In this document: one piece after another, positions 50,475 through 64,000 of the stretch
How positions within the stretch are numbered: the stretch's first letter is position 1
How the letters are laid out: the number at the start of each line of letters is the position of its first letter
Assembly (NCBI RefSeq): GCF_000143415.4
Contig: NW_003314270.1
Span: 1,605,048-1,669,047 of the forward strand
Reading direction: 5' to 3'
Length of the DNA stretch: 64,000 nt
Source of the DNA: Selaginella moellendorffii
Lineage: Eukaryota > Plantae > Lycopodiophyta
Translations under genes and position numbers: made by a program
The notes under the pieces: model-generated
Seen by the model: the letters and a program-made list of their open reading frames with translations, nothing else
What the model was told of the DNA's origin: nothing
Databases searched by the model: none

Positions 50475-50503
50475 AGGGTTTTAGGGTTTAGGGTTTAGGT
50501 TTA
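50475..50503. repeat. Short interstitial telomere-like repeat (TTTAGGG)n
   Basis: AGGGTTTTAGGGTTTAGGGTTTAGGTTTA. Confidence 0.7.
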
Positions 50504-52099
50504 TAAAATAAGAACAGTTACTCAAAGTGATAAAGATAAATAACTTTTAAACCATTAAGTTAAATCATTAGAAATTGCATACAAACATCCATATATCGAA
50601 ACAAATAAAAAAGTACAAGAGCACAATGAAAATACAGTTACATTAAATTCAAAAATATATAATAATCAAAAGCCATGATATTTACTCAATTATACATCCC
50701 CACCAAACCAAATGATTATACAATATATGAAACTAAAAATAGAATTCAAATATAAATAATCTAGATGAATTAATAATAGAAGAATTAAAAAACTATATAC
50801 AAGGTTGAGTGCTTTTATAATTACCAAAACAAATTATTATAACTAAAGCATACAAAATATTTAGAAAAAATACAAAAATATGAATTATTCAATTTCAAGA
50901 ACTTAATTTCTAAAACAATTAACACTAGTAAGAACAATATAAAGCTTAAAGAACAACAATGATAGAATAAAGATACATATATGTGCTTACATAGCTTTAT
51001 CAAGAGTTACTAATAGAGTATAAAACATGGAAAAAAATTAATTTAGTAAAATCATTAACAACAAACATATCAATTATGTATAACATACATAAAATAAAAT
51101 AATAATTAAATTAGCAGCAATGCTTAGTTTGATTTTGGTTGAAGCTTCAATACAAACTTAAAAATAAGCAGTATTATATAGTTATTATTATTTTCTTGTT
51201 ATGTATGTAGCTCATAATCATTTATATTTTTATATGCTTAGGATTTTATACAAATTTTATTAAATTTTAAGCCTTTACATCCATCTTGAGTAAGCTACTA
51301 ATTGATTACACTTCACCTGAATTTCTTATTAGACTCATGAGAATTACATTTAAACTATTACTAGTGCTAGAGCTAGCAGATAACATAATTTGCTCTATTG
51401 CCATCTAATTCTAAGTAGCTTAGGCTAGCTTAAAATTTACTATATAAATGTAAGTAAAAACTAATATTTGTATAAAAACCTCAAATGGATTAAAAACAAT
51501 TTTAAGAATAAAATTATATTTTTAAAAATATGATAGAATATCCTAAAACATGTTTATATACTCTAAGTATATTCTTTAGCTCCTACTTAAATTAACCAAC
51601 CTTGAAAACTAATTGAAACTAAAACATACACAAGTATATAAATTTTAATTACAACATCTATTGTATTATATATTGAAGATAAACTGAAAATACTATGATA
51701 TAGAAACTACTTTATTGAAGAAATTTAATACAATGACATGTATAATAAGTAAATGCTTAAAACACAAGTGGAAATCCAAATACATATATAAAGAATTTTT
51801 ATCAACATATAGATCAAATTATACCAACAGATCACGAAGGATATGTTTTTTTGGGTGACTTCAACATGGATTATCAAGAACAAAGGCAACGTACTACAAC
51901 AACTATAAAAAGATTAAATTAAAAATAATATATAAAGAACACACCAAAGAAAAATTATAATCTAGTGAAATTAGGAATAGTCTGCAAACCACGATTGTTG
52001 AAAAGAAATTTATATATATTTGCTAGATTCAGATGTTTTTTTCATGGTTAAGAAGCATCCTAAAAGTGTTGTGGATCAATATATTCAGCATCCCAAATC

Positions 52100-54175
52100 T
52101 GACACGCAAAAAATCCGAGGATCATATGTACCTTACCGTCGTCCAGACCAGTGGACATGGACGCCATTCCCTCCAGCATCAGCCGTAAACGCTACGTGCA
52201 AAGTTTAACCGTGATGCGGAGGCTGTGGGAGGAGCACGGGAATTACCGGTGATCCACCGCTCTCTCCTTGATCTTCGCGGATGAAACGACCATGTCGTGC
52301 TTGCAGAGGTATCAAAATGTGCATCCTCGCGTCGCTCGTTCGGATTTGCAAGACGAGCAACGAGCATTCGGAGCTGAAAGAATCCGGTGCTTAGAATGTG
52401 TTGGTGACGAAGTTCTTTGAACAGCAACGGACTCACACTCAGGCTTGTGTGAGGAAATGCTTTAGATAGTGTCATCTCCCTCAATGCTGTGGGATTTATC
52501 TTCCTCGATGGTTTAAATGCCATTGCGCTCCGGCTCTAGGAAGATAACGTCACACAAACACAAGGGTTCATAAGTTTCCTAAGTCTTATGTCTTGTTGAT
52601 GACCGACTGTGGCTCGGTTCATAAGCTTCCCATGTCTTATGCCTTAGCTTGTCAATGGTGTCGTCATCCTCCAGCTTTTCATAGAGCTCAGGCACGCCGT
52701 GCTTGAACAGATCCTTAAGCTTGACCTTGGGGTCCAGCGGCAGAAGCATAACGCACACATTAAACACACAGCACTGGGCAAGCAGCGCTGAATACGATGG
52801 GTTAGCCACCATAGGATACCCCAGCTGCTGGAGCGCCTTCCACAGCTTCTCATCCTGCGCCACAGCAGTGGCTCGTAATCCTCGGGATGCATGTGGTGTA
52901 GCTTGCCAGGATCGCTCCCCCTAAGTAAGCGCAAGAAACTCTACAAGACAACACACGACGTACGTACGTACCACATCAGGTCTAATGTACAGTCGCAGTT
53001 TAACCTCCACTAACGACGGCTGGCGCTCCACCATGAAACCATCGCTCAGAGCCTGAATATAAGTACACGGTGTTTCCATAGCTGGAATGTGGAGAAGTAT
53101 AAAAGCCTACCTCTTGTTCGGCCAAAGCAGCTCCAGGGGTACACATCTCACCGTCTAGAAACGATCAGGAAGCAGTTATAACGAGCGAGAAGCGAGCGCA
53201 TGTTAACTTCCATGTCAAGCTGTGATCGTAGTAGACCCGGAGGTCGTAGCGGCCGAGCCAGAGACGCGCGTGAGCGCTGGCATTGACAATCGTGTAGTAG
53301 TGCGGGAGTGCTGAGTTTGGCGGGCGGTGCAGCACCAGTGAGCTCAGGAGCCGGTTGGACCGGATCCCGCGCAACAGCAGCCTGGCCTCGATTACACGGA
53401 ATGGTGACACTGGAAATTCCTCGTCCGGGAACGTTCGTGACACTCCAGGCAAGGCGTTCCTGTCACCTTCAAGTATTGAGTATTCCTCCTCTACCAAGTC
53501 TTTTGTCCGTGTGCAAGCACCCCAAGTTCCATCCCAGGTTCTTCACTGGCAAGTAGAACAAGTAGTCACTCTCCGTCAGCCTGCAGACAAGGTCCAAGAT
53601 GTTGGGAACACCAAGTTCGGTGGAGTTTTGAGCCTTCCCTGTTAGTAACAAATGGACGCGTTAGCACAGCACTCGGGTAAAAACTTCGCTGCATCCTTCC
53701 TGCCGTCCTGGAAAAACAAAGAAGCATCCATGGATGAAAGCATGATATTACCAAAGTATAGATCCGGTGGGGGACGTAGAGGCTCGAGGGGCCACACCGC
53801 CATGTCAAGACTGCCCGGTCGACAAACAGCATCCTCGACGACGCGCACGCCTTTCCTCCCACAAAAGCGCTCCCAAAACTTCTGCAGCGGCCTCTCAATT
53901 AGCTCCCCAGCAAACTCCACCACAAGATCACAACCGACCTGAGAAACCAGCGGAAGGGATCTTTGGAGCCCTTCACGCTCCTCGGGGGGCAGGCTTGCCA
54001 GGTAAAGGATTGACACAAACACAAAGAGAGAGTGGTCGTTAATAGGCGAATAGAAGAAGTAGCGCACTAGCTCGATGTATTCACACAGCGCTCGGGCCTC
54101 CAACACGTCGGCGGCGGCCTCCTGAGGGAACCAATCAAACCTTTCAGCGACGATTTGCGCTTGCTTCAACAGCGT
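52100..54175 (-). pseudogene. Unidentified multi-exon gene or pseudogene
   Basis: GC-rich island with consecutive minus-strand ORF segments and GT-AG-like junctions, apparent frame breaks and no recognisable domain. Confidence 0.4.
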
Positions 54176-54413
54176 CGTTTATATTATTATTAATTATTTC
54201 AGATGTCAATTGATACCAATTAATTTTTTATTGCTTGTTTCTCAGTTTCTCGCGGACATAAGCCGCCGTTATTGTCTTCCAGTTGCACGCGCTGTGTTGC
54301 CATCCTGGGTAGTCTGAAGCGTGGCATTGTTGGTCCTCCCACGTCTCCGCGATGGCCACAGTGTCGTATTGGTTTAAATGGTGCGGAAATCCGGAAATGT
54401 TCCAATACACACA

Positions 54414-55808
54414 ATGGCGCTTGAAGACAGTCGATCCAGTACGCTGCCATCATTCCTGTACAAGAGCAAGGGATTCAAGGCGCCAGCTCCTGCCATTCCG
54501 ATCAATGGCCAATCTTCCAGGTTTCTCATCCCATCCCCAGACGAGACGAGAAAGATCGCGATGTACTCGCCGGAATTCTACGCGGCGTGCACTGTCGGGG
54601 GGGCTCTATGCTGCGGCCTCACGCACACGGCCGTGACGCCCTTGGACGTGGTCAAGTGTAATATGCAGGTAAGCTCGAGTTTCTTCTTGAGGTGTGTGGC
54701 TGATCGATCGATTCTTTGGTCAGATTGATCCCGCCAAGTATAAATCTACCGCCAGTGGATTTGGGACTTTGTATCGCGAGGCTGGCCCCAAAGGTTTGTT
54801 CAAGGGATGGGTTCCGACGCTGTTCGGATACAGTGCGCAGGGAGCTTTCAAGTATGGGCTCTACGAGTTCTTCAAAAAGTACTACTCGGACCTGGCCGGA
54901 GCCGAGAATGCGTACAAGTACAAGACTTTCATTTACTTGGCCGGATCTTTCTCGTCCGAGTTCTTCGCCGATATTGCGCTGTGCCCGATGGAGGCCGTCA
55001 AGGTCCGGGTCCAAACCAAGCCCGGATTCGCTAATGGGCTGCTCGATGGACTGCCGAAAATCACGAGGGCTGAGGGCGTTGCTGGGTATTGTTCTTGTCT
55101 TCGCTCTTTTCCTTTTTGACACTTGGTATTTCTGTGCTCAGACTTTACAGAGGACTGGTACCTCTCTGGGGACGCCAAATTCCATGTAAGCTATCCAACT
55201 CTCGGACGCAAACACGGCGAAAGAAATGGTTTCACTGATTGGGTTGTCGTTTATGGCAGACACGATGATGAAGTTTACATGCTTTGAGGCCACAGTCGAG
55301 GCGCTTTACAAGAACGTTGTTCCCAAGCCCAAGGACGAGTGTAGCAATGTGGAGCAGCTGGGTGTTAGTTTTGCTGGCGGTTACATTGCTGGAATTTTTT
55401 GCGCTCTCGTCTCGCACCCTGCTGACAACCTTGTCTCGTTCCTCAACAATACCAAGGACGCCACCGTTGGCCAAGTATGTATCCTTGTTTCGGTGGTGTT
55501 TCTCGCGCTTATTAGGCTAAATGCTCGTTTTATTTTGCTCCAGGCCGTCAAGAGCATGGGCCTGGTGGCTCTCGTCACCCGGGGGCTACCGCTGCGTATC
55601 GTGATGATTGGAACTCTCACTGGAGCGCAGTGGGTAATCTACGACGCCTTCAAAGTCTTCGTTGGACTGTAAGTTTCTTGCTATTTCTCTCCTTGTGGGA
55701 AGTTCTCAAATCTCCTCTCTCGTGCTCTTCCATCCCAGGCCGACCACTGGAGGAGTTTCGAAAGCTCCCGAGGAGCTAACCACGCCGCTACCACTTCCCA
55801 CCGCCTAA
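54414..55808 (+). CDS. PHT3: Mitochondrial phosphate carrier (PHT3/MPT), copy 2, 6 exons
   Basis: Same exon structure as copy 1, intact frame MALEDSRSS...LPTA*, with short N-terminal deletions. Confidence 0.92.
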
Positions 55809-56042
55809 AAGCATTCTTTTCATGGCGAGACGAAAGAAACAACCCAGTTTTGCTCTTCAAATCCCCCACCCCGGATAGCTTACTATTGATGATGAACCTT
55901 TGGTATACTATTATATATTGATCATATTGGTGCATTCTTTGGTAATGAAGCAAGTCTTCTTCCTCGAATTGGTTGGTCAGGATCGGTATCTTTGTACAAT
56001 GGTTAACAGGTTTTTCGGTTTCCAAGTCAGGAGTGTGTGTGT

Positions 56043-57828
56043 CTACTGGCACAAGAGTGTGTAGGCTGGTAAGTCCTTGACGTATGTGACCTCTTTGAGC
56101 GAGAGCTCGCGCTCTAGTCTTTGCCGAGTGATTGTGAGCACGGCCTGGAAGAACACACCGCCATCAATCGCGAAGAACGAAACAAAGGCCGTGAACTTAC
56201 GTTGAATTCCATGTAGGTCGCATGCATCGCAAGCCATTCGTAGTCCATCATCTCGAAAGCTATACAGTACAAGATGTCAAAAGCGGTCTCGTCCTCTGCA
56301 AAGCACGAAAGAAAAGGATTGCTAAGCTAAAAGATGTGTAGAATACAGAAAGCACGACCACGTACCCGCCAGGAGTTTTAAAAAGTTGAGGCCGGATGTC
56401 GAGCTCGGCTTCGCTGGAGAGACACGGGAAGTGGAGAGAGAGGTTGACAAGTAAACATCCGGAAATCCTTTTTTCATAATGCTACCAAACCTGAGCGTAG
56501 GTCCAACATCTGGATTAGCATGAACGAGACGTTGATGCCCGCCACCGCAAAGGGGTACTCCCATACAGCTCTCTTGCCGCCCTCCTTGTGGAGGAGTCTG
56601 TGGAAAGATTTCTGGCAAAACAGCGCAAAAGATAAGAGGTCGCGCTCAAAGCACAGGCACGCTTACGTACAGGATACTTCTCGGCGAGGAAGAGTAGGTT
56701 CTCGAGAGACACGAAACCGCCACCCCTACAGCCAGCAAATGCCCCCGTTCAAAGCACAAGAAAAAACTAAAGAGAAAAAACTCTCTCCTACTTACCGAAA
56801 GTCTGTGGAGGGATCCGAGCCTTGCCATCCCATCTCTTTCCACTTCTCCGTTACGAGGCTCCGTAGCTCGCACCCAGGAAAGGCGAATCGCCATAGGCTC
56901 ATCAGAGCTTCCTGGACACACGAGAGAAATGCGTTGCTTGGAAAAGGAGGCCGATCGCTCGAGTCAACTCTGCTCCGCTCAGATGAAACAAACGTGTACC
57001 TGGTGCTCCGAACGCGTTCCATCGAATGGCACTTCCAATCGCTGTTGAAGTTTGTGCAGCCTCTCTTCCTGTTGATCTAGGCAAGCTTAATGGATGGATG
57101 GAAGAACTTTTCCTAAGAACAAAACGACAGCGAACCTGAATGGGCGTCAAATCGTAGTCTGCGATTTTGGCCCCATTGTCATGCCGGCGCGTCACAACAC
57201 GATGGAGAACACTACCCACCCACGCACCTGATCCAGCAACGATATGAGCTGCATCAAAGCACGATAAGCAAGAACAAAGTTAAACACGAGAATCCAAAGA
57301 GAGAAAGCGAGATGGAATAAAAGCGAACGACAAAAGAAGTTCTTCCACTTACAGAACCAATGCCCCCATTGCACAATTATCTTGGAAAAGATCTGTGTCC
57401 ATGCCTGTTCTTCGCGTCTCCGCCGTTCTCTCCACTCATCGTCGTCATCATCAATCTACGAGAAGCAAAAGAATAGAGGAGAAGGGATTGATGAATGAAA
57501 CGAGTGAATGAATGAGCTAGCGCGCACAAGTCAAGCATTAAAATCCTGCCAGGAAAAATTGCTAAAGTCAAAACGCCACACTGTTCTAACAAGGCTCCCA
57601 GAGAGACAAAACAATCAATCACGCGATAAAAAAAACAAGGAAGAAATCTCGCGAACTTACGACGCTCGTTTGCCACGGGCAGTAGAAAATGCCAAGCGGC
57701 TCGCAAGTAGCCTCCGATCCGTGACGATGCGCTGCCGCCACTACCGATTCTTCCATCTCTTCCTGCTGGTGCTGCTGATGCTGCCGCTTCTTTGCCACAT
57801 CTCTCCTCCGGATGGAACCCGACCTCAT
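56043..57828 (-). CDS. ELMO/CED-12 domain-containing protein (ELMOD family), multi-exon
   Basis: Spliced segments EERLHKLQQRLEVPFDG..EHQ, LWRFAFP..WKEMGWQGSDPSTDFR, GGGFVSLENLLFLA, WEYPFAVAGINVSFML, AFDILYCIAF..WLAMHATYMEFN, TRQRLEREL..DLPAYTLL. Start codon assignment is tentative. Confidence 0.9.
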
Positions 57829-58329
57829 AGCTGCCGCCCCGCCGCTCTCTCCCCTCCCCGGCCAAGAGGAAATCCTCAAATCTCGCGCCTCGGACATCCT
57901 CCCCGGGAGAATCTCCGGCACAATGCACACAGCGCGGAATGTTGCTGCTGGAATCGCTTCATCTAGGACGCCATCGCCGCGCGCGCGCAAAATCCCTCCG
58001 ACCTACAGAGCCAGGAGCGAGATTTTCGTCGCACGGCCACCAGATTCGTGGAGCTCGGCAGCTGGCCGGGCGGCATCGATTCAGCGCAGAGATCTATGCA
58101 CGCTCCAAAAGGGGCATTTCCTAAAAAACAAGGACTATCTCCTCTCCGTAGAGATCATACTCTGTCACACTAGAGCCCTAGGATGGCTTACGTGTCAGCT
58201 TTTTGGGTGCCGGCCGGCAATTTGCATTTGCCGGTCGGGGGTGGTGGCAAAACTTTTATTTCATCTGGAAATTGATATAAAAAGACTTGGACGCTCACGT
58301 GGCACAGTGGCATTTTAATTTAGACCTAG

Positions 58330-59850
58330 GTTTAGGGCTTTTCGGAGATGTTTTCTCGTAGGGCGAGCCGATTTGTCCGTGGAATGCCACAGCTGCGGAT
58401 CGGCTCAAGCTGGTTTACAACAGCCACACCACCTCTCTGGTGCTCTTTTCTGATGCCAGCTGGAAAAAGATTCTCGTAGGAGGTGGATAACCTGCAAACA
58501 AGATGCAAGTTTTGTTGCAAAAGATTTCGCAAAACTACTACAGACGGGAGTTCAGCTCTAGCGATGACGTGTTGGACAACTTCGGCCATCAACTTAACAT
58601 GGCTCACGACTACACTTGCAGCGAGCACAGTCGCAGACAGTTGGATCCCCTCTACCGGCCAGGCCCCTGGAGTGTTCCAGCTTACAGGTATTGCGATGAG
58701 ATGGAACCCTCAAAGCCAGTGCTGCTGCTTCCATGGGAGGTCCAGGCCATCCATAAGTTGGGTTGCGTCTCTACTTATGAACTTGACATGCACTAAAGAT
58801 ATAGTGACAGAGATGATGATCTTTGAGAGTAGTTGCCTGGCAGCCTCTTCTATGAGAGTATGCTTTGGCAAAATTAAAATTTCTTTTTGAAGGGAGAATT
58901 TTCCTCACCTGAATTTATATCATTGGGATTTTGGGAAGTTTATTCCGCATCTACATCCCTTATGGGTGTCCTTACATTCTTTTTGCATTCTTCTTGCAGT
59001 CCCAATAAAGGCATTGGAGTATGAGGCACTGGAGTGGATTGTTAACTTTGAGGACTACTACCAGAACTGCCAGAACATCCCAATGACATTCTCAGCTTCC
59101 AAGTTCGTGTGGGTGTCTCACTGCAAAGGAGGGAATGTGCATGTCGTGGAGGAGCTGATTGCTGTGGAGGCACTCGGGGATCAAAAAATGTGTTGTCGTC
59201 GACCTCCATGGTATTGGCATTGATAGCAAGGTCAGGCTCTTTCTCTGTGGAGATGCTGTGAACAAGCTGTAAGAGATGACAAGAGAATCATTTGGGTCAT
59301 GTTTGCTCCCCCCCCAGATAAGAAAGTCCTAGCTGGAGAGTTCTTTGATAGTGATCAATGGGATGCACTTGGTATCAAAGACAAGAGATTATGCTACTGT
59401 TTGACGAAGCACACGTAAATGCAATTACCATTGGTAATGCTTTCTAGTGTTTGAGTGGGTTTACAGGCTGATTATGGAAAAAAAATTTGAAATTAGCAGG
59501 AAAACCACAGAATCTCCAAACTTTGGCATGGTAAAACTGTAGCTTTGTTATTTTTTTGTTTTTGTTACAGGCCTGTTTAGACATTGACCAAGAGCACTAA
59601 CAAGAGAACTCTTAGTAAAAGGTAAATTTATGATTTTAAAACATATTGTATTTCACAAGTGATTATTTTAGAGTTTTTTGAGCTATCCAAATGAGATTCT
59701 TACATGTTTATCCCATATGCAACTTACACATTTTTATGAGTAAGGATGATTTTTATTTCATATTTCATATTTTTTATTTTCATTTTTGCAGAATATCACA
59801 TGGGAAAAGGCCATTTGGCCTCACAATTATGAATGAAGAGCAAGGATATT
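58330..59850 (+). pseudogene. Decayed coding-like sequence of unknown origin (possibly transposon-borne)
   Basis: Fragmented ORFs with stops and intron-like T tracts; GC decays into AT-rich DNA; no recognisable domain. Confidence 0.3.
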
Positions 59851-60396
59851 GGATTTCTTCATAATATTGAGGTTTATATTTTGAAATTTTCTTTGTCAGA
59901 TAATGTATATACTGCAAAAATTGATAATTTCATCACACTAAATCATCATAATAGCTGGTATATATTGTCTCTAAATTTTTTGTCCTTTCTTTTAATATTC
60001 TCTTTATTTAATATTTTTAGGGATACTCATTTGGCAAAATTATTATCATTTAATATTCCTCTTGATAAAATGTCTGTGATCATTCCATATAAGGTTACTG
60101 GATTATCTCATATATTTTTTATTTCTGCTTTTGCAATTGCAAGAGCCTTGGCTATTGAGAGAAATATAATAATTGAGTGTATTGATGAGTATGGAAAGGT
60201 AATTATAACTTCTAAAGACAAAATTATTAAGTAAAAATAAATTTTGACTATTAACTTTCACTTTTATAATAACTCCAAATATTTTATAAATGAAACTAGA
60301 TACCTGAATGAACAAAAACATTGGTTAAAGAACATAATTCACACTAATAACTAAGTGTGTTAGTTTGACATCCCCATCTCTTAGATTGTTGCTAGA

Positions 60397-60423
60397 TAAT
60401 AATAATAATAATAATAATAATAA
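60397..60423. repeat. (TAA)9 microsatellite
   Basis: Direct reading. Confidence 0.9.
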
Positions 60424-61253
60424 GTGCTAGATTATTGCTTATCATTTAGTCCAGTAATATAATGAAATAAAAATTAATGTTAAATATTTATTTCAAAATT
60501 TTATCACAGCAATCACAGAAACTAAAGTTAAGAAGGAAACTTCACAAATCAAATAGATTGTTTTTAAATATTGATTGTCCATGTACAAAAATCCATTCCT
60601 TATATTAATGAACTTGAAATTAACCAAGAATCTAGCCAAGGCAGAAATAAGACATAAAAATATACATGTTTACTAAATGGAGTCAACTATAGCACCTAAC
60701 AAGAACAAAAATGAGGGAAATCATGATACAAGAAGGTTTGTAACTTCCTTCCTCCAAAGTGAAGATATGGCAAATATTGAGTAAAAATATAAGAGCTTAA
60801 CCTCCTATAGTCATCCAATCTTAAATTTGGGATAGTATTGGAAGATATGACTATGATAAATATGTTGTCTATGAGGGAAATTTGGGATATAACAATTTTT
60901 AAATTTTTTTATTTCAATTTGTTTGGATTTTTATCTTTGTTGCTAGATCAACAAGCCTTTAAATGGAGCCATTGTAGACTTTATAAGTCATGTGAGTAAA
61001 CTCCAAGGTATGTTATAGGAGTTTTCTAGTCTAACATTTAAGAAATAGTACTCATAACCCAAGATAATAGAGCATATTTTTGTGTTGGAAAAGATGACAA
61101 TTAATTTATTTTCTTTATTTTGGAAGTTGTGATTTTTACAAATGGCTCACTTATAGGTTTGCACTAGAGCTAAAATAACTTGACTTGACAAATAATGTTT
61201 TTAATGTTGATGTAATTTATGAAAGCATTTGATTGCATTGAGTATTGTGTTGG

Positions 61254-61448
61254 TGTAAGTTTCTGAATTTGGACTTTCTGGGAAATTACCCAGCCCAATA
61301 TTATTCAAACCCAAGGACACTTAACCCCAAATATCCCAAAACTCTTAACCGATTGGAAAAAGGGGTGCACTTTTATTCATGGGCCCTTTCCCTCTATATT
61401 TGAACCCTTATAGATCATGTCTCAAATCATTCCCTTTGATTGCTTATA
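61254..61448 (-). mobile_element. Solo Cassandra-like LTR
   Basis: Full-length reverse complement of the 195-bp LTR including the decayed 5S domain; flanked by GTTGG / GCTGG (TSD with one transition). Confidence 0.88.
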
Positions 61449-62339
61449 GCTGGGTCCCGGGACATTTCTAGATATTAGTGTTAGAAACTAAAACTATGAA
61501 GGATGAAACATTAATTGCTAATAAGTTTTTTCTTCTACATTGCCCACTTGGCGTAAAATATATAACTTCGAATTGAATGGAACTTATTCTATCCCAAACT
61601 TTAGAGAGGTGCTCAAAGAAGGTGGAAAAGCTTCATCTAGGTTTCTTGCGATGTTCTGTCTAGAATACATAATTAAGCTATTACCATTTTTTAATGCAAT
61701 GCAATGCAAAATGTTTTTAGTCCCTTGCCAACTCCAATAAAAGAACAAAACTTGAGGCATGAGGAGGCACAAATTGATCATGGGGAGCTCTATCATTAAT
61801 ATAAAATGTACAATCTTTTAAACCTTAATATTTTATAAATATTTGTGTTCTAACTTAAGCCTAAAGCTATATACATTACTCTGTTAGAACACAACTTTAT
61901 TGGGAACAAGGAAAGATGGTATGAGATGGGAGGTAAATTATTGAGAAATCCATTCTAAAGAGAGGTTGAAGGTGTTTAGTTGCATTTAAATCTAAGCTAG
62001 CTTTTACTGGGAATTTTTAGTAATGGATAAAACTAAGGAATTATATTTTCAATAATGATTTATAATACTTGAATTAGTTAATATATTCTAGGATAGTTAG
62101 ATATATTGCTTTTAAGGAATTATATTATAAGATATTTCTCTATATTTCAAAATTAATAATTTCTTATTTATTATATATTTAATATAAAATGTTTATAATT
62201 TAGAAAAATGTATTTATAAGTCAAAAATATGTACATTAAAAATACTAGCTTATATACAAAAGCAAGTGTTTTAGATTGATGAATATATATGTATATTCCC
62301 CAATGTTACATAGGGACTAAAACAATATCAAGAGCACAT

Positions 62340-63950
62340 TTTTACAAAGTGAAATTTAGGTGACTCCATTGTGAAACTTAAAGCCATTTGCTATACTTTA
62401 CAACATTTGAAAAATGCCATGGAGTGTTCCACCACCAATGTGGCTCTAGTGCCAAAACAATACTTGATCACGATGTGACTCCAACTCGTAAATCCAAATG
62501 AGGTGTGAACATTCTTGAACTCATAGTCGAAGCATGCTCCTACTTCCTATATATGGCCTATCTTCAAAAGAGTCTTAACCTAATGTGCCACCATCTCCAT
62601 AACTGCTACTGTCTCTGTCATATGTCAAGGTTAGCAAGATTGCATAAATCTTACCAAAAAAACTCTATTTTTAGAGCCTTTACAATTGTTTTGAGAGTCT
62701 TTTAGGACTGAAACAATTTGCCAGCACTAAAAGTAGAGGGATGATCTTAACCATTAGGCATTGCTAACCTACTAACTACCACCTAAGAACCTTTAGGGCT
62801 TAGGGTCAATCTAGACTTATTGGATCTTGGATCTGAATGAAGTGCCACTACTAGGAGTGCTTCTTGCCACATCCAAAATACCAATTGTGAAGTCAAATTA
62901 AGAAAAAGAGAAAAAACCAAACCATAGGAGTGAAAAGAATAAAAGAAAAACCTAAACTTTGCCATAACCACTCCACTAGAACTATCCCTCTTCTTTACCT
63001 CAATCACCCCCTAAACTCGAGTAAGTGTTTTAAATTGAACCTAGCTACAAAAATCCCATTATATTAATAATAGTATATAGTATTGTATTTGTCCATTTGA
63101 ATGTCATATCATCCCCTCCTTTTTGGTCAAAATGTCAAGATGTAAAGGAATATCAAAAGGAGGAATTAGTGGATCTATAGGTATGCAATTTGTTCTTGAT
63201 ATATTTTTACAAAGCACTTTATTCATTACACTTCTATAATTTTTGGAGGATCAACTTACTAAATGTTGTGTTAAACTTTATGAACTTGCAACCCAACTTA
63301 CTGTAACACTCAATAGGCCCTTAAACAAATGATATATTATAAGATTGTGAAAATGAACTCAACACCATATTGATAATCTTTTTGATTGTATTACATGATT
63401 TTAGGACCTAGCATGTAACTTGTGGTAATTGCAAAGGTAAACTCATCTTTCTTGATTATAAAAGATTATGACCATATAAAAATTTATATGGTAAAACACC
63501 AACAAATTCTACACTCTTATAATATATATACATACTAGAGAGATAGGAAATAACTATCCCAACCCGAATGCTAAAAGTTCACATATTTGTGATCATCTTT
63601 TTAAAGGTCTTAATAAATTATTTCACTAAACCATTCATTTATAAATGATAAACACTTATGAAAGTGTAGTATGTTCTCATTTGAGTTGTCAAAATATGAA
63701 ATCCCTTCGCTATAAACATATGACCATTATCCAAGAGAATTTACTTTGGACAAGACTCAATTTGATTGAGGAGAAAATATTTAATAACAATTTTAGATGC
63801 ACTAACAATACCATTAACTTCCACTCAATAAATTAAGTAGTTAAAAGTAAAAATGTCTTCATTGTTAGCAATCAATTGCAAAAAAGTCCCATCAAATCAA
63901 ATATCATTAGCTCAAATGGATGAAGAATTGAATTAACTCACCCCCATGAA
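62340..63950 (-). mobile_element. Decayed relatives of element A (integrase 3' end, PPT, partial LTR, then gag-like sequence)
   Basis: 63121-63920 resembles the reverse complement of element A integrase/3' region. PPT AGGAGGGGATGA at 63109-63120 is followed by LTR-like sequence. 62340-63000 is weakly gag-like. Confidence 0.65.
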
Positions 63951-64000
63951 TGTATGCTTTGGGCTTTCACTTTAGTCCTAGGAGTTAATCTTTAGAATAA

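Noticed and set aside
58165-58260. CACTA or Helitron terminus (CACTAG plus GC hairpin)
   Set aside because: No matching opposite terminus, TSD or transposase motif found in the window.

Overview
Eukaryotic plant nuclear DNA. Short introns, tightly packed GC-rich genes, AT-rich decayed repeats and TTTAGGG motifs suggest a compact land-plant genome such as the lycophyte Selaginella (inference). Two gene islands flank a ~31 kb nest of LTR retroelements. The left island (8.7-18.9 kb) holds a GT64/EPC1-like glycosyltransferase, a PHD+BAH chromatin protein, plastid RPL24, tRNA-Ser(CGA), an RPL24 pseudocopy and a mitochondrial phosphate carrier. The right island (52-58 kb) holds an orphan/pseudogene, a second phosphate carrier and an ELMO-domain protein. 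The nest is an old Ty3/Gypsy element (19418-50430) invaded by four copies of an apparently non-coding large-LTR family (LARD-like, 'family B') and by 5S-rRNA-bearing Cassandra-like TRIMs. The most unusual structure is a young 8 kb TSD-flanked insertion (34743-42807). In it a Cassandra element and a family-B element have reciprocally exchanged internal domains exactly at their shared tRNA-iMet primer-binding site and are joined through an LTR-LTR junction. This looks like a fossil of co-packaging and intermolecular strand transfer between two non-autonomous retroelements.
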